Assembly (NCBI GenBank): GCA_001661245.1
Contig: KV454013.1
Span: forward strand, 269,005 to 333,004
Source of the DNA: Pachysolen tannophilus NRRL Y-2460
Lineage: Eukaryota
DNA: 64,000 nt
Reading direction: 5' to 3'
How positions within the stretch are numbered: position 1 is the first letter of the stretch; every line of letters starts with the position of its first letter. Made by a program: the position numbers and the translations under genes. The notes under the pieces were generated by a model. It was not told where the DNA came from. It ran no database searches and saw only the letters and a list, made by a program, of their open reading frames with translations. Positions 9,389 to 20,553 of the stretch are shown here, one piece after another.

Positions 9389-12300
9389 ATGGTTAAAGAA
9401 ATGTCGGCGGCTGTATCACACAAGCAATATCTACAGGCGCTACAGGGAATATCTGAGCCGGAGGAAATACAAGTTGCTGTTGCTCAAACTTTCCAAGATT
9501 CTCAAAGTTCAGTGGCTTCGCATAGGAAACAAGTGGCCATTTTAAGACAGGTACAAATAAAAGCCCATGAGTTGGGGTTTGAAGATGTATTTAATAGGTC
9601 TTATTTGAATATGATAAACATGATTTTGACATTGAAAAGAACGGAGCAAGCCGCTAATAAAATAGCTAAATTTGTATCAAGTTTTATTAAATTCATTTCA
9701 GATGAAGAAGAGAAAAATAAAAAAGAAAGTGAAGATGAGGATGAAGATGAAGATGAAGAATTAGATTTATATGAAAGGTTTATCAATGAAGTAATTGGAC
9801 ATTTGGAGAAAGGTGTTGAAGCATCAAATAAAAATGTTCGGTATCGTTGTATACAACTTTTGCATAATATTTTATTTTGTTTAAACGCTATTGATCAACA
9901 ATTATATCAAGATTTATACCCTGTGGTTTCTAAAAGATTATATGACAAAGATGTTTACGTCAGGGTGGCGACCGTAAGGCTAATGGGGCTTTTCCAAAAC
10001 CCAGATTCTTTGGAAAGTGAAGATGTATCTGAAGCTGCTCAAAATTTATTAATTACCATACAAAATGATTTAGGTGCTGATGTTAGAAGAGCAGCATTAG
10101 TAACATTAGAAAAAAATAAAATAACGAGAGATTATTTACTTGAAAGATCAAGAGATACAAATCCTGTTAATAGAAGAATTGTTTATACAAAGATTTTAAA
10201 AGAACTAGGAGATTTTAGAAATATAGATAGTTCTGTTAGAGAGAAACTTTTAATTTGGGGATTATTGGATAGAGATACATCGGTAAGAGATTCAGCTAGA
10301 AAATTAATAAATAGTTGGCTAATCACTTGTAATGACGATTTGATTGAACTTATATCATGTATACCAGCTACAAGTACCATAGCGGAAAACGCAATAAAGA
10401 CATTATTTGATGAAAGAAAAGATTTATTTGCTAAAATTAGTTTTAGCGAAGAATTATGGAAAGGATTAAACCCAGAAGCTTCCATTTTAATAAGATGTTA
10501 TTTCCAATATTGTAATAAAAATAATTATAATGAATTAATTGATAAAAATTTCCCAGAAGCAGCTGAATTTTCATCAATGTTATCCAAATATTTGAAATTA
10601 AGGAAAGTTCTAACAGAGCAAAATGACAACGGAGTTCAAGAATTGAATTTTGTTATTCAACAATTACTCATCATTGCCATCGGTTATGACTATAGTGATG
10701 AAGTTGGACGTAGAGAGATGTTACAAACTTTACGTTCAGCATTGTGTTATGATAAATTGGAAGAAAGTTTAGTCAAAGATTTATTAGAAGTATTAAAGAA
10801 GATTTCTATTAATGAAAAAGATTTCTGTCAAATGATTAGTGAAATAATTGAAGATATTAGAGATGCTGCAATTGAAGAAGATCAAGAAAATTCTAAAAAT
10901 AGCGTGACTTCCCAACTGCGTCAACGTATTGAAGAGGAAGATGATGAAGATTTTTATTCTGCAAATTCAGATATTGATAATGATGCTTCCCTTGAAAGGC
11001 CAGCAAAAAAGAGAAAGACAAGTGAGGCTAGAGAGGAATTACAAATTTCAGATGAAATCATGCATCAAACTTTAGTGATTGTGAAACATATGTTGGAAAT
11101 TGTGAATATTTCTTTAGAAAATAATTATTCTATTGTCTCATTAATTGAAAATGTTATTAGACCTGCAATTAAAAATACACAAATGGCAATCAGAATTCTT
11201 GGTATTGAATGTCTTGGCTTAGTTTGTCTTTTAGATAAGCAGACAGCGTCTGATTCGTTATTCCTTTTTGGTATCTGTGTTTCTCAAGGTGAATTAGAAT
11301 TGAAATTAAGCGCGTTGAAATCAATTTTTGATATTTTATCAGTTCATGGTACTGCTGATATCTTAGACACTGAGGATGGAGTTGATTCGTTATCGCTTTC
11401 GAAGTTATTATACAAATGTTTAAAGGATACGTCAAACAAAGAATTACAGTCATGTACGGCTATTGGTATTTGCAAATTATATTTGGCAGATATTTTGGTT
11501 GATAATGAATTGTTTGAAACTATACTATTAACTTATTTCAGTCCAACGGTCTATGAGAATGAAGTCTTAAAGCAAGCACTATCATTTTGTATTCCTGTAT
11601 ATGCTCATTCACATCCAAGCCATCAAGAAAGACTTCTGAAAATTAGTGGTGATGCATTCTTGAGATCATATGAAGTTTATGAAAATGATTTAGATGAAGA
11701 AGAAAAGAAAAAAATGCCCACTCCAACAAATATTTTACAACAGCTCATTTTTTTCACAGACCCAAGAAATATTGTCAAGCAATTGGATGAAGATATGGAA
11801 AAATCTACTGTTCATTTGGAATTTGTAATTCAGTTATTTAAGTTGATTGTTCATAAAGATTATGCAGACAATAAAAATTTTAAGAAATTGATTATTACAA
11901 ATCTTTCTAAAATTTTTTTACCATCAACAAATGCAGTTGATCATGAAGAAAGTGAAAAACTTTCAAAATTAATTACTGAATTGACCGAATTACTAAACAA
12001 ATGCGAATTACAAAACAGTAGTAATGACGCTGACGATTCAAAAGATGAAGATTCCGAAAGCGATTTATTGAAATTTGATGGACCTACCAAAAACGCATTC
12101 ATCAAGTTTAAATCATTGATCACCGCCCTTGCTAATGAAAATTTGAAAGTCCTAAGACGTGAGAAGACCGAAGAAAATATGGATGATGACGATGAAATGT
12201 CTGTAAATCACCATAATGAAAAAGAAGAAAATAATGATAATGACGATGACAATGAGGCAAACCATGAGGAAGACCATGAGGTTAGTGATTCAGATAGAGA

Positions 12301-12439
12301 AGATATGCTTGTAGATCAAGAAGATAATAATTCTAATGCATCGGAAGACGAGGAAATTGTTTCTTCTGCGGATGAAGACAATGCAGAGGTTGAAAATGAG
12401 GTTGATGATTCGGAAGAAGAAAGTGACTCAAACGAATAA
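9389..12439 (+). CDS. YCG1: Condensin HEAT-repeat subunit Ycg1/Cnd3 (CAP-G)
   Basis: SHRKQ, KNVRYRC, ADVRRAAL, ERSRD..NRR.VY, WGLLDRD, LGLVCLLDK, CKLYLADI, QALSFCIPVY; acidic C-terminal tail. Confidence 0.93.
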   Translation: MVKEMSAAVSHKQYLQALQGISEPEEIQVAVAQTFQDSQSSVASHRKQVAILRQVQIKAHELGFEDVFNRSYLNMINMILTLKRTEQAANKIAKFVSSFIKFISDEEEKNKKESEDEDEDEDEELDLYERFINEVIGHLEKGVEASNKNVRYRCIQLLHNILFCLNAIDQQLYQDLYPVVSKRLYDKDVYVRVATVRLMGLFQNPDSLESEDVSEAAQNLLITIQNDLGADVRRAALVTLEKNKITRDYLLERSRDTNPVNRRIVYTKILKELGDFRNIDSSVREKLLIWGLLDRDTSVRDSARKLINSWLITCNDDLIELISCIPATSTIAENAIKTLFDERKDLFAKISFSEELWKGLNPEASILIRCYFQYCNKNNYNELIDKNFPEAAEFSSMLSKYLKLRKVLTEQNDNGVQELNFVIQQLLIIAIGYDYSDEVGRREMLQTLRSALCYDKLEESLVKDLLEVLKKISINEKDFCQMISEIIEDIRDAAIEEDQENSKNSVTSQLRQRIEEEDDEDFYSANSDIDNDASLERPAKKRKTSEAREELQISDEIMHQTLVIVKHMLEIVNISLENNYSIVSLIENVIRPAIKNTQMAIRILGIECLGLVCLLDKQTASDSLFLFGICVSQGELELKLSALKSIFDILSVHGTADILDTEDGVDSLSLSKLLYKCLKDTSNKELQSCTAIGICKLYLADILVDNELFETILLTYFSPTVYENEVLKQALSFCIPVYAHSHPSHQERLLKISGDAFLRSYEVYENDLDEEEKKKMPTPTNILQQLIFFTDPRNIVKQLDEDMEKSTVHLEFVIQLFKLIVHKDYADNKNFKKLIITNLSKIFLPSTNAVDHEESEKLSKLITELTELLNKCELQNSSNDADDSKDEDSESDLLKFDGPTKNAFIKFKSLITALANENLKVLRREKTEENMDDDDEMSVNHHNEKEENNDNDDDNEANHEEDHEVSDSDREDMLVDQEDNNSNASEDEEIVSSADEDNAEVENEVDDSEEESDSNE

Positions 12440-12673
12440 ACAAATGAATACTTGAATTGGTTTTTTAGATCGATATTTCCTAGGTATAGTCTGTATTATA
12501 GAATAAAAGTTTAAGGTAAAAATATATGTTCAACGATATAGTATCAATCAATAAATAAATGCTATCAACTTCAGTAATAAAAGAAAAACTCTTCCTCATG
12601 ATCGAATTTTCTCTATAGATAAAAAAGTTATATCAAAAAAAAAAAAGGAAAAAAAAAAAAAAAAAGTTAAAAG

Positions 12674-12745
12674 CTCCGCGACGGGGAATTGAACCCCGGT
12701 CTACCACGCGACAAGCGGTAATTCTAGCCACTAAACTATCACGGA
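12674..12745 (-). tRNA. tRNA-Asp (GTC), intronless
   Basis: Minus strand TCCGTGATAGTTTAGTGGCTAGAATTACCGCTTGTCGCGTGGTAGACCGGGGTTCAATTCCCCGTCGCGGAG: cloverleaf, anticodon GTC, B-box GGTTCAATTCC, followed by poly-T terminators; closely resembles yeast tRNA-Asp. Confidence 0.96.
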
Positions 12746-12857
12746 AATTTAGTTGGAGAGCAGTGATTGCTCTAATTTATTTCGGTTTGGTGTTTAAAAA
12801 CCATTAATTAGTCTAATGATTATCACGATAGAGTAGGAAGTTGTATGTTAGAGTGAA

Positions 12858-13712
12858 ATGGTGCGGAGCCAAGAGATAATGAGAATATTGTTGGTGGACG
12901 TTAATGAGCTGATGCATAATGCTTGGAAGACTGCACTTCTAGAGCTGAATGCAGTTCCAGAGCGCTTAAGTTGGCTAAATAAAGAAGTTGAAGTGATCGC
13001 ATGTAAAGGAAGGTTGGAATTATTATCAGAAAAATTCGAATTTCATCACCGTCAGATTGGTTGCACAGCAATTGTGTCTCCAGGAAACAGCTTAGGTTAT
13101 TTAGGTGGGGGATTTGACTTAGCAATTGCCAAATTGTTTTCATCTGATGAAACAAAATGGAAGGAAACTGAAAAGAAATTTAGAGAAAACTTGTATAAAA
13201 GCCATCATGGTTATAGTGTCTCTCCTAGTTTAGTCCCATTATACAATCCTGAATCTAATGCTTGGAAAAATTTCAAATCTAAGACGGTATTACATGTGCC
13301 TACGATGAAGGTTCCAGGTAAATTAATCACAGATACTGTAAATAAGGAGAAAGTACGGAAAGTGATGGAATTTATATTTGACTGCACTTGGCAAATGTTG
13401 GCTGAAGTAGATCAGCATAATAGGTCGGTTAATTTAGATCAGGGGAGCGATATTATAGACACCATAATAGTTCCAGCGCTAGGTGCAGGGTACGGTGGTA
13501 TACCTTACCAGTATGTGGCAAGATCAATGGTTGGAGCCATTGCTATATTTACTAGTAACAATTTATCGGCAGAACAAAAATCTGTATTGTGTTTGAAATT
13601 CTCTCAACAAGATTTTACAAAACTAGTGACCAACTGGAATAGTCTTGATCTTGGAGAAAAAAAAGATTATGATCCTGCAACGGACCCGTTACAAAAATTA
13701 TTATTTCCTTAA
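12858..13712 (+). CDS. Macro-domain protein, YMR087W-like putative ADP-ribose-1''-phosphate phosphatase
   Basis: MRILLVDVN, AIVSPGNSLGYLGGGFD, LHVPTM and IIVPALGAGYGG match the YMR087W macro-domain family. Confidence 0.85.
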   Translation: MVRSQEIMRILLVDVNELMHNAWKTALLELNAVPERLSWLNKEVEVIACKGRLELLSEKFEFHHRQIGCTAIVSPGNSLGYLGGGFDLAIAKLFSSDETKWKETEKKFRENLYKSHHGYSVSPSLVPLYNPESNAWKNFKSKTVLHVPTMKVPGKLITDTVNKEKVRKVMEFIFDCTWQMLAEVDQHNRSVNLDQGSDIIDTIIVPALGAGYGGIPYQYVARSMVGAIAIFTSNNLSAEQKSVLCLKFSQQDFTKLVTNWNSLDLGEKKDYDPATDPLQKLLFP

Positions 13713-13741
13713 GAAAACTTTATTAATATATATATTTTACT

Positions 13742-15433
13742 CTATTTCTTCCTAATGGTAATCAAATATGTTGTCAATGCAAGCGCTATAAATGAAAATG
13801 ATACCCCAGGAATAAAACCAACCAGGAAGCTTTTTCTATATATATTTAATAGGGTTTCTTTTAATGAAGCATCTTGTATATCTTTTAAATAGTTGACATT
13901 TTCCAATAATTTTTCAAAAATTTCTGAACCGTTCGGTTTATCCAGTAAGTAAGATTTTAGGCTACCAATGACTTTATTGTTATAAGTAGATAGCGAAATC
14001 GAAACACCCAATACATTTCCAGTAGATCTAAATAAATAATTCATGCCTGTTGCAGCTGCCTGACCCGACCTTCCCACAGTTGCGACAACTATGATCAACA
14101 AAGAAACTAAGAATATACCATAACCAAATCCAATGAAAGATAATCCAATGACCAAGATAATTCTCCAGACCAAGCCCAAAGAGTAAGGTTCAGTAACATA
14201 CACTTGAGAATCAATTAGGGTCATTCCTACGAATATCAACAATATTGAGAAAAAAGATATCTTAATAGCTCTTGCCTTAATAAATTCATTTTTGGATTCT
14301 TCATTTGTAAAAGAGGAATCATTCGACTGATTATCTTCATTATCGTTTGATTTTCTAAGATACATTCCTGCCACTAGAGATCCAAAAGATACAGCTAGCA
14401 CTTGAAACATAATAAAAGTTCCTGAACTAACTGGTGTTATATTTTCCACAACTTGTAAATATTGTGGTGTTAAGAAAATTGAATTATATAAAGCCATTGA
14501 ACCAAATGCTGCAACAAAAGCTGTTATTCCCAAAATTCCTTTAATCAAATTAGATGGAATGATTTGCTCTTTAGCGACATAATTTTCAACATAGATAAAT
14601 GCTGAAAAGCCAATTACTGCAATAAAAGATACAAAACTTTTATAAAGACCAGAAGTGGTGATATCGGAGGAAAATAATAATATCAATGCAGAAGTTGAAA
14701 TCACCAAAGTTAAAGATCCAGCAAAATCCAATCTTGATAAATTTTCTCTTGTAAATCTCTTATTTCCTTTAGGAATATGTTCAGCATGGATATTAACGTA
14801 ATTAAAAGCTAAAACCCCACAGAAAAGCATAAATGGGACTTGAATACCAAATGCCCATCTCCATCCTATAGTTTGGAAAAGGTATCCTCCAATTGGACCA
14901 CCTAATGCCTGGGCAACGCCATATATTACATTTGCATAACCTTGATATATGCCTCTATCTTCTAAACTGACAACGTCGCTCACAATAATACTAGAAAGTG
15001 CTGAAACCCCTCCTCCACCAATCCCAGCTATAGCCCTTGCTATCAGAAACTGTGTAACACTATTGCTAAAACAACAAATAAGGCAACCAAGTGTAAACCA
15101 AAATTGAGCAAATAGTAAGCAAAGTTTTCTTCCAACAATATCACTTGTCTTGCCATATAAAGGCTGGAACACTGTATTTGTTAAAAGATACGAAGTAGCT
15201 ATCCAACTAACATTTTTAACATCATCAAATTCAGATGCAATTCCAACCATTGTAGTTGCCACAACCGTGCTATCTAAAGCACTAAGAAAACTTCCTATCC
15301 ATAGAGCAGCTAATATTTTTCGTAACTGATCTTTAGGAAGAGTTATATTTCGATCCACATTACCATCTATACTTCCTTCCAAACTTTGTTCGGATTCTAA
15401 AAGTGGCGAAGATTGATCTGGATCAAAAGCCAT
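13742..15433 (-). CDS. DHA2-family MFS, vacuolar basic amino acid transporter (Vba1/Vba2-like)
   Basis: LSALDSTVV, SWIATSYLLTNTVFQPLYGKTSDIVGRK, RGIYQGYAN, GWRWAFGIQVP; about 14 TM segments; N-terminal dileucine-like SPLL. Confidence 0.85.
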   Translation of the reverse strand: MAFDPDQSSPLLESEQSLEGSIDGNVDRNITLPKDQLRKILAALWIGSFLSALDSTVVATTMVGIASEFDDVKNVSWIATSYLLTNTVFQPLYGKTSDIVGRKLCLLFAQFWFTLGCLICCFSNSVTQFLIARAIAGIGGGGVSALSSIIVSDVVSLEDRGIYQGYANVIYGVAQALGGPIGGYLFQTIGWRWAFGIQVPFMLFCGVLAFNYVNIHAEHIPKGNKRFTRENLSRLDFAGSLTLVISTSALILLFSSDITTSGLYKSFVSFIAVIGFSAFIYVENYVAKEQIIPSNLIKGILGITAFVAAFGSMALYNSIFLTPQYLQVVENITPVSSGTFIMFQVLAVSFGSLVAGMYLRKSNDNEDNQSNDSSFTNEESKNEFIKARAIKISFFSILLIFVGMTLIDSQVYVTEPYSLGLVWRIILVIGLSFIGFGYGIFLVSLLIIVVATVGRSGQAAATGMNYLFRSTGNVLGVSISLSTYNNKVIGSLKSYLLDKPNGSEIFEKLLENVNYLKDIQDASLKETLLNIYRKSFLVGFIPGVSFSFIALALTTYLITIRKK

Positions 15434-15796
15434 CTCTATTCTCCAAGTACGAGGAACTAATTATATGGTTAAATAATGGATGAAAAAAAACCTTTGGTCT
15501 TATGGAAAAATGATAATAGTTAATAATTTAGTATTAGTCACAGTACAAAGCCGCACTTTTGAAAAATCGCAAATCGTTATTAAAACATATTGTCCCTTCC
15601 ACTTAGAAGATAAGATACGATATTTCATATCAAATACTTGTGTTTGTTTGGATTATATATATATATATATGCCTTTCTACAAGTGTGTTGTAAGGTTTTT
15701 CTAAAAAAATGGAGTTGAAAACTATTTAAAAACAAAAAAGCTAAAAAAGCAAAAAAAGCAAAAAAAGACAAAAAAAAGGTCAAGACTGTTGTTTTC

Positions 15797-16903
15797 TTAG
15801 GCATCGTCTGCTTTGATAAAAGTCTTTATGGCACCATTTGAAGATGCGTTGCTGAAGACTTCATATGCTTTCTCCATCTCACTCATTTTGAAACGGTGGG
15901 TAACTAATTTAGAAGAATCGATTTCACCTTTTAAAATTCTTGATAATAACTCTTCAGTAGAGAAGGCACTGACTAAACCTGTGGTGATACCAATATTTTT
16001 AATCCACAAATCTTGTAATCGCAAGTCGACTTTCTTACCGTGAACACCAACGTTGGCAATTCTTCCACCTGGAGCAATAATTTCCTGGCACGTGTCGAAA
16101 GCTGCAGGAACACCTACACATTCAATTGCTACATCGACTCCAGATAAATCATCTTGTGGAATTACACCGTTAGTTCTCTTTGCAGTGATATCTGAAGTAA
16201 TTTTTTCAATTTCATCTTTTACACTAGAAACTCTTTTAGGATTAACAGCATGAGTTGCACCAAATCTTCTAGAAGCTGCAAGACGATTATCATCTAAATC
16301 AATCATAATTACTTTGGAAGGTTTGAAATTAGAAACTGTCAATAAACATGATAAACCAACAGGTCCTGCACCAACAATTGCCACAGAATCACCTTGTTTA
16401 ATCTTACCAGAAAGAACACCAATTTCATAACTTGTAGGTAATATATCACTAAGCATTAATAAGCTTTCATCTGATGCGGATTTCGGAACTTTATATAATG
16501 ATGAATTTGCATGTGGAATACGAACATATTCTGCTTGTGTACCATCAATCTTATAACCTAATATCCATCCACCATCTAAACAATGAGATTGTAAATTATT
16601 TTTACAATAAAAACATGAATTACAATTTGTAATACAAGAAATAATAACTTTATCACCTTTTTGAAAATTTTTCACATCTGAACCAATAGAATCAATAATA
16701 CCAATACCTTCATGACCTAAAATTGTACCTGGTTTACAAGCAGGAACATCTCCTGCACTAATGTGCAAGTCAGTACCACATATGGTAGTTGAAGTTAATT
16801 TGACAATAGCATCTGTTGGCCGGAGTAGTTTAGGAATTGGAACCGATTTCCAAGAACGAATTCCTGGACCACCATAAACTAAAGCTTTCATCAAACCAGA
16901 CAT
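15797..16903 (-). CDS. Zn-dependent alcohol dehydrogenase (MDR, FDH-like ADH2 subfamily), copy B
   Basis: Same motifs as 3502..4593; a clear paralogue sharing the unusual ITAKRTNGVI insert. Confidence 0.93.
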   Translation of the reverse strand: MSGLMKALVYGGPGIRSWKSVPIPKLLRPTDAIVKLTSTTICGTDLHISAGDVPACKPGTILGHEGIGIIDSIGSDVKNFQKGDKVIISCITNCNSCFYCKNNLQSHCLDGGWILGYKIDGTQAEYVRIPHANSSLYKVPKSASDESLLMLSDILPTSYEIGVLSGKIKQGDSVAIVGAGPVGLSCLLTVSNFKPSKVIMIDLDDNRLAASRRFGATHAVNPKRVSSVKDEIEKITSDITAKRTNGVIPQDDLSGVDVAIECVGVPAAFDTCQEIIAPGGRIANVGVHGKKVDLRLQDLWIKNIGITTGLVSAFSTEELLSRILKGEIDSSKLVTHRFKMSEMEKAYEVFSNASSNGAIKTFIKADDA

Positions 16904-16993
16904 ATTGAATTATTGACTCTACTATTATTTAACAACAGACACAAGAGAAGAGAAAGTGAGATATAAAGTAGACAATAACAATAACAACAATTC

Positions 16994-17293
16994 NNNNNNN
17001 NNNNNNNNNNNNNNNNNNNNNNNNNNNNNNNNNNNNNNNNNNNNNNNNNNNNNNNNNNNNNNNNNNNNNNNNNNNNNNNNNNNNNNNNNNNNNNNNNNNN
17101 NNNNNNNNNNNNNNNNNNNNNNNNNNNNNNNNNNNNNNNNNNNNNNNNNNNNNNNNNNNNNNNNNNNNNNNNNNNNNNNNNNNNNNNNNNNNNNNNNNNN
17201 NNNNNNNNNNNNNNNNNNNNNNNNNNNNNNNNNNNNNNNNNNNNNNNNNNNNNNNNNNNNNNNNNNNNNNNNNNNNNNNNNNNNNNNNNNNNN
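16994..17293. other. Assembly gap (N run)
   Basis: Run of N. Confidence 0.99.
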
Positions 17294-18383
17294 AGACGGC
17301 AATAACTACCTCTATTTATATTGGAGCTTTTCTACATATATATATACAATTCTTTCCAGATATTGCATGTGTCATATTTCATCATCAATTAAATTGAAAA
17401 GCATATCTCAAATAGTAAGATCAAATCATGCATATGCATTAAGACGGAGAACACATTCGATATATTGAGTTTTAGCTTATACTAAACACAAGATTATAAA
17501 AGATAAGGCTTTACTTATCGTTTTCAAATAAATCATTCCCACTTTTATTCACCTTAATATGTCTTTTTCATATCGCATGTTTTTTTTATTGCATAAACTT
17601 GAATTTAAAAAGTTAATTTTTTTTTATATATCTATATACTGCCTACTGCTTACGGACTTCTATAGACCCCCACACCCAATTAACATGATACAAAAAGACT
17701 AATGTCTTATTCCACTCACTCACTTTTTTTATATTACATATCTCGGACTTTACTTTTATTAACATCTCCCCATTAGCATATAAAAACAGACTTACCTCTG
17801 CATGATTAAAATAGAGATATAGAGAAATGCATAGTGCATAGTCCTTCCGGAGTTTAAAAAATTGACTATCATCTTCCTTTCATTATATATAACCTCCTCC
17901 TAACACTGGAACTTTATACTTACAATAGCTTAACACCACCTGCACCACCTACATATATATGGAAACACCTCATATTATGCGGCGCTTGTCATTTTTTTTT
18001 GGTCAAGTGTGCGTCACATGTCACAGCTAAGATGTCACGACGAAAAGCGGACATAAACATTTTTTTTAAAAGTTTTTTTTGATAAAGATCACACTACTTG
18101 TACATTACCGTTAAAATTTTAAAGAAAAAAAAAATTATTTTCCGAAAAAGGAAAATTTCCGATTTTAAACGGAGAATGAAAAACAGAAAAAAAAGAATAT
18201 GAAAAAAGAAAGAAGGTGTATGGGAGAAGAGTTAGATTTTCAAGTACTAGCAGTGATATAGAAGAAAGGTTGATTTAATTTCTGATGAGAAAAGGAGTGG
18301 CCAAATAGAAAATAGAAAATAGAAAATTTGGAAATTTGGGAATTTGGAAATAGAGTATAGAATATAGAAAAAATTGGTTTCAA

Positions 18384-19946
18384 ATGAATAGAATTGTAAT
18401 TGATATCGGAGGAAGTCGGTGGACATTGAAATGCATTCAGAGATCAGTATTAGTGAGGGTTGGTGTTCGTAGTTTTGCGTCATCTGTGGTAAGGTTTAAT
18501 GGTAATGGTGATAGTGGGGACAGTGTGATTACACCATTGCGTAAATATGCGGAATTAGTGAATAAAGGGAAGTTGAAAGAAGATCCATATCAGATGAAGA
18601 TAATTGGTGATATGGAATCATTATATGACAGTTTAATTAATTATAAACCACCAATGGCTCCAATTCCAACTGTTGAAGATTTACAACATAAGAATGCTTT
18701 TCAAAGAGTTTTTGGTCATTTTTTTGGCAAGAGGAATAAAGATGTTGATACAGATGTGGATCAAACTATTTTACCAGAACAACCACATGGAATATATCTT
18801 TACGGAGATGTCGGTTGTGGTAAGACAATGTTAATGGATTTATTTTATTCAACTATACCAAAAAATTTAAAGAAAAAAAGAATTCATTTCCATCAATTTA
18901 TGCAGAACTTGCATAAGAGATCTCATGAATTAAAAATGCAACATCTGGAACATCAAATTGATGTGATACCAATATTAGCTGCTGAGATTTCAAGAGATTC
19001 AACAGTATTATGTTTTGATGAATTCCAAGTCACTGATGTTGTAGATGCAATGTTATTAAGAAGATTATTAACAATTATATTACAACCAAGTCATGGATCT
19101 ATATTATTTGCAACATCAAATAGAAAACCTGATGATTTATATATAAATGGTATACAAAGAGAATTTTTCGTCCCATGTATTGAATTGATAAAGGAAAAGA
19201 CAAATGTTATTTATTTAAATTCTCCAACAGATTATCGTAAAGTGGCAAAACCTTTATCAAGTGTTTATTATTTCCCAGATATGGGAGTTCCTTTTAAATC
19301 AGAGAAATCTAAGAAAGAACAAGAAAAACATATTGATACTTGGTATAAATTTTTTAGTCAAAATCACAAGGCTGAAAGTAATGTTGAAATTTCAATTTGG
19401 GGAAGAACATTAGTAATTCCAAAATCATCACCACCTAATGTAGCACAATTTACTTTCCATGAATTATGTGGCACACCTTTAGCTGCTGGTGATTATTTAG
19501 CATTGGCAAATGCTTATAATTCTTTTATAATAACCGATATTCCTTATATGTCTGTGATGGTTAGAGATGAAGTTAGAAGATTCATCACATTTTTAGATGC
19601 TGTTTATGATGCCCATGATAGAATTGCAGTTACCGCCGCTGCTCCTTTTAATCAATTATTTGTTGAACCTGAAGAAATAATAGATAATTACACTTTAAAA
19701 GATACCACTGCTTACCTGAGAAAAGAAGAAGAAGATAAAAAAGAAATTCCTGATGAAGATTTAGTTGATGCTGGGAATGAATTAGTTAGAACCCATGGAT
19801 TTGATGCTAAAATTGCAGCTCTGGCTTCAAAATTTGCTTCGGTAGATGAAGAAAGATTTGCATTTGCTAGAGCATTGAGTAGATTAGCACAAATGAGTAC
19901 ACAAGAATGGGTCGAAGATGTTAGAGAAGCTGATTTAAAGAAATAA
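18384..19946 (+). CDS. AFG1: Mitochondrial AAA+ ATPase Afg1 (LACE1/ZapE family)
   Basis: GIYLYGDVGCGKTMLMDLFY (Walker A), LCFDEFQVTDV (Walker B), ATSNR, RRFITFLDAVYD, EERFAFARALSRL; presequence-like N-terminus. Confidence 0.95.
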   Translation: MNRIVIDIGGSRWTLKCIQRSVLVRVGVRSFASSVVRFNGNGDSGDSVITPLRKYAELVNKGKLKEDPYQMKIIGDMESLYDSLINYKPPMAPIPTVEDLQHKNAFQRVFGHFFGKRNKDVDTDVDQTILPEQPHGIYLYGDVGCGKTMLMDLFYSTIPKNLKKKRIHFHQFMQNLHKRSHELKMQHLEHQIDVIPILAAEISRDSTVLCFDEFQVTDVVDAMLLRRLLTIILQPSHGSILFATSNRKPDDLYINGIQREFFVPCIELIKEKTNVIYLNSPTDYRKVAKPLSSVYYFPDMGVPFKSEKSKKEQEKHIDTWYKFFSQNHKAESNVEISIWGRTLVIPKSSPPNVAQFTFHELCGTPLAAGDYLALANAYNSFIITDIPYMSVMVRDEVRRFITFLDAVYDAHDRIAVTAAAPFNQLFVEPEEIIDNYTLKDTTAYLRKEEEDKKEIPDEDLVDAGNELVRTHGFDAKIAALASKFASVDEERFAFARALSRLAQMSTQEWVEDVREADLKK

Positions 19947-20028
19947 ATAATATTTACATAAGAAGCATTTCTTTTCTGATATTATATACAATGTTAATTT
20001 TTTTTTTTTCTTCTATTTAAAATGAATG

Positions 20029-20553
20029 TTATTTTTTATTTTTTGAAGCATTTGGATCATAATCATAATACCAAACTTTATTTGGAGGATATTCAGTAGG
20101 GACTCTCATTTCTAATGAAAATCTCTTTGATTGTTCTCTTTTATTTGCTTCTTCAAATAAAAACTTGTTAACTTTCTTCAAATCTTCATTAGCTTTATAA
20201 ATCGAATCATATTGTTTTTGTAACATTTCTCTTTGAGATGTTTGTTTTTGCTTATTTAATAAAGACCATGCTTTCGATATGACCAAATGTTTAATATAAT
20301 CTTCCTTACATAACTTCAACAATCTGGGCTGTTTCCTTGCAGCAGAAAGTACTGACAACTGTGTTATAATCCTTTGTGTTGCAGGATTTACCACATCTTT
20401 AGATTTTGTTCTTTTCCCTCTAATAAATTGTAATATATTACTACCAGTTCCACATTTATAATGATTAATACCACCTTTGATTCCTTGTGGGAAACCACTC
20501 AGAGACCGAGAAACCAAACTTGCAACTTGTGATCTCTGAAGCATCGAAAACAT
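20029..20553 (-). CDS. MRPL28: Mitochondrial ribosomal protein mL40 (Mrpl28)
   Basis: RTKSK..QRIITQLSVLSAARKQPRLLKL and RFSLEMRVPTEYPPNKVWYY match yeast Mrpl28; likely start ATG 20553 (MFSMLQRS presequence). Confidence 0.88.
   Translation of the reverse strand: MFSMLQRSQVASLVSRSLSGFPQGIKGGINHYKCGTGSNILQFIRGKRTKSKDVVNPATQRIITQLSVLSAARKQPRLLKLCKEDYIKHLVISKAWSLLNKQKQTSQREMLQKQYDSIYKANEDLKKVNKFLFEEANKREQSKRFSLEMRVPTEYPPNKVWYYDYDPNASKNKK

Noticed and set aside
12674..12745. Possibility that the tRNA is the reassigned CAG-anticodon tRNA
   Set aside because: Anticodon is GTC with an ordinary Asp body; I found no tRNA-CAG in this window.
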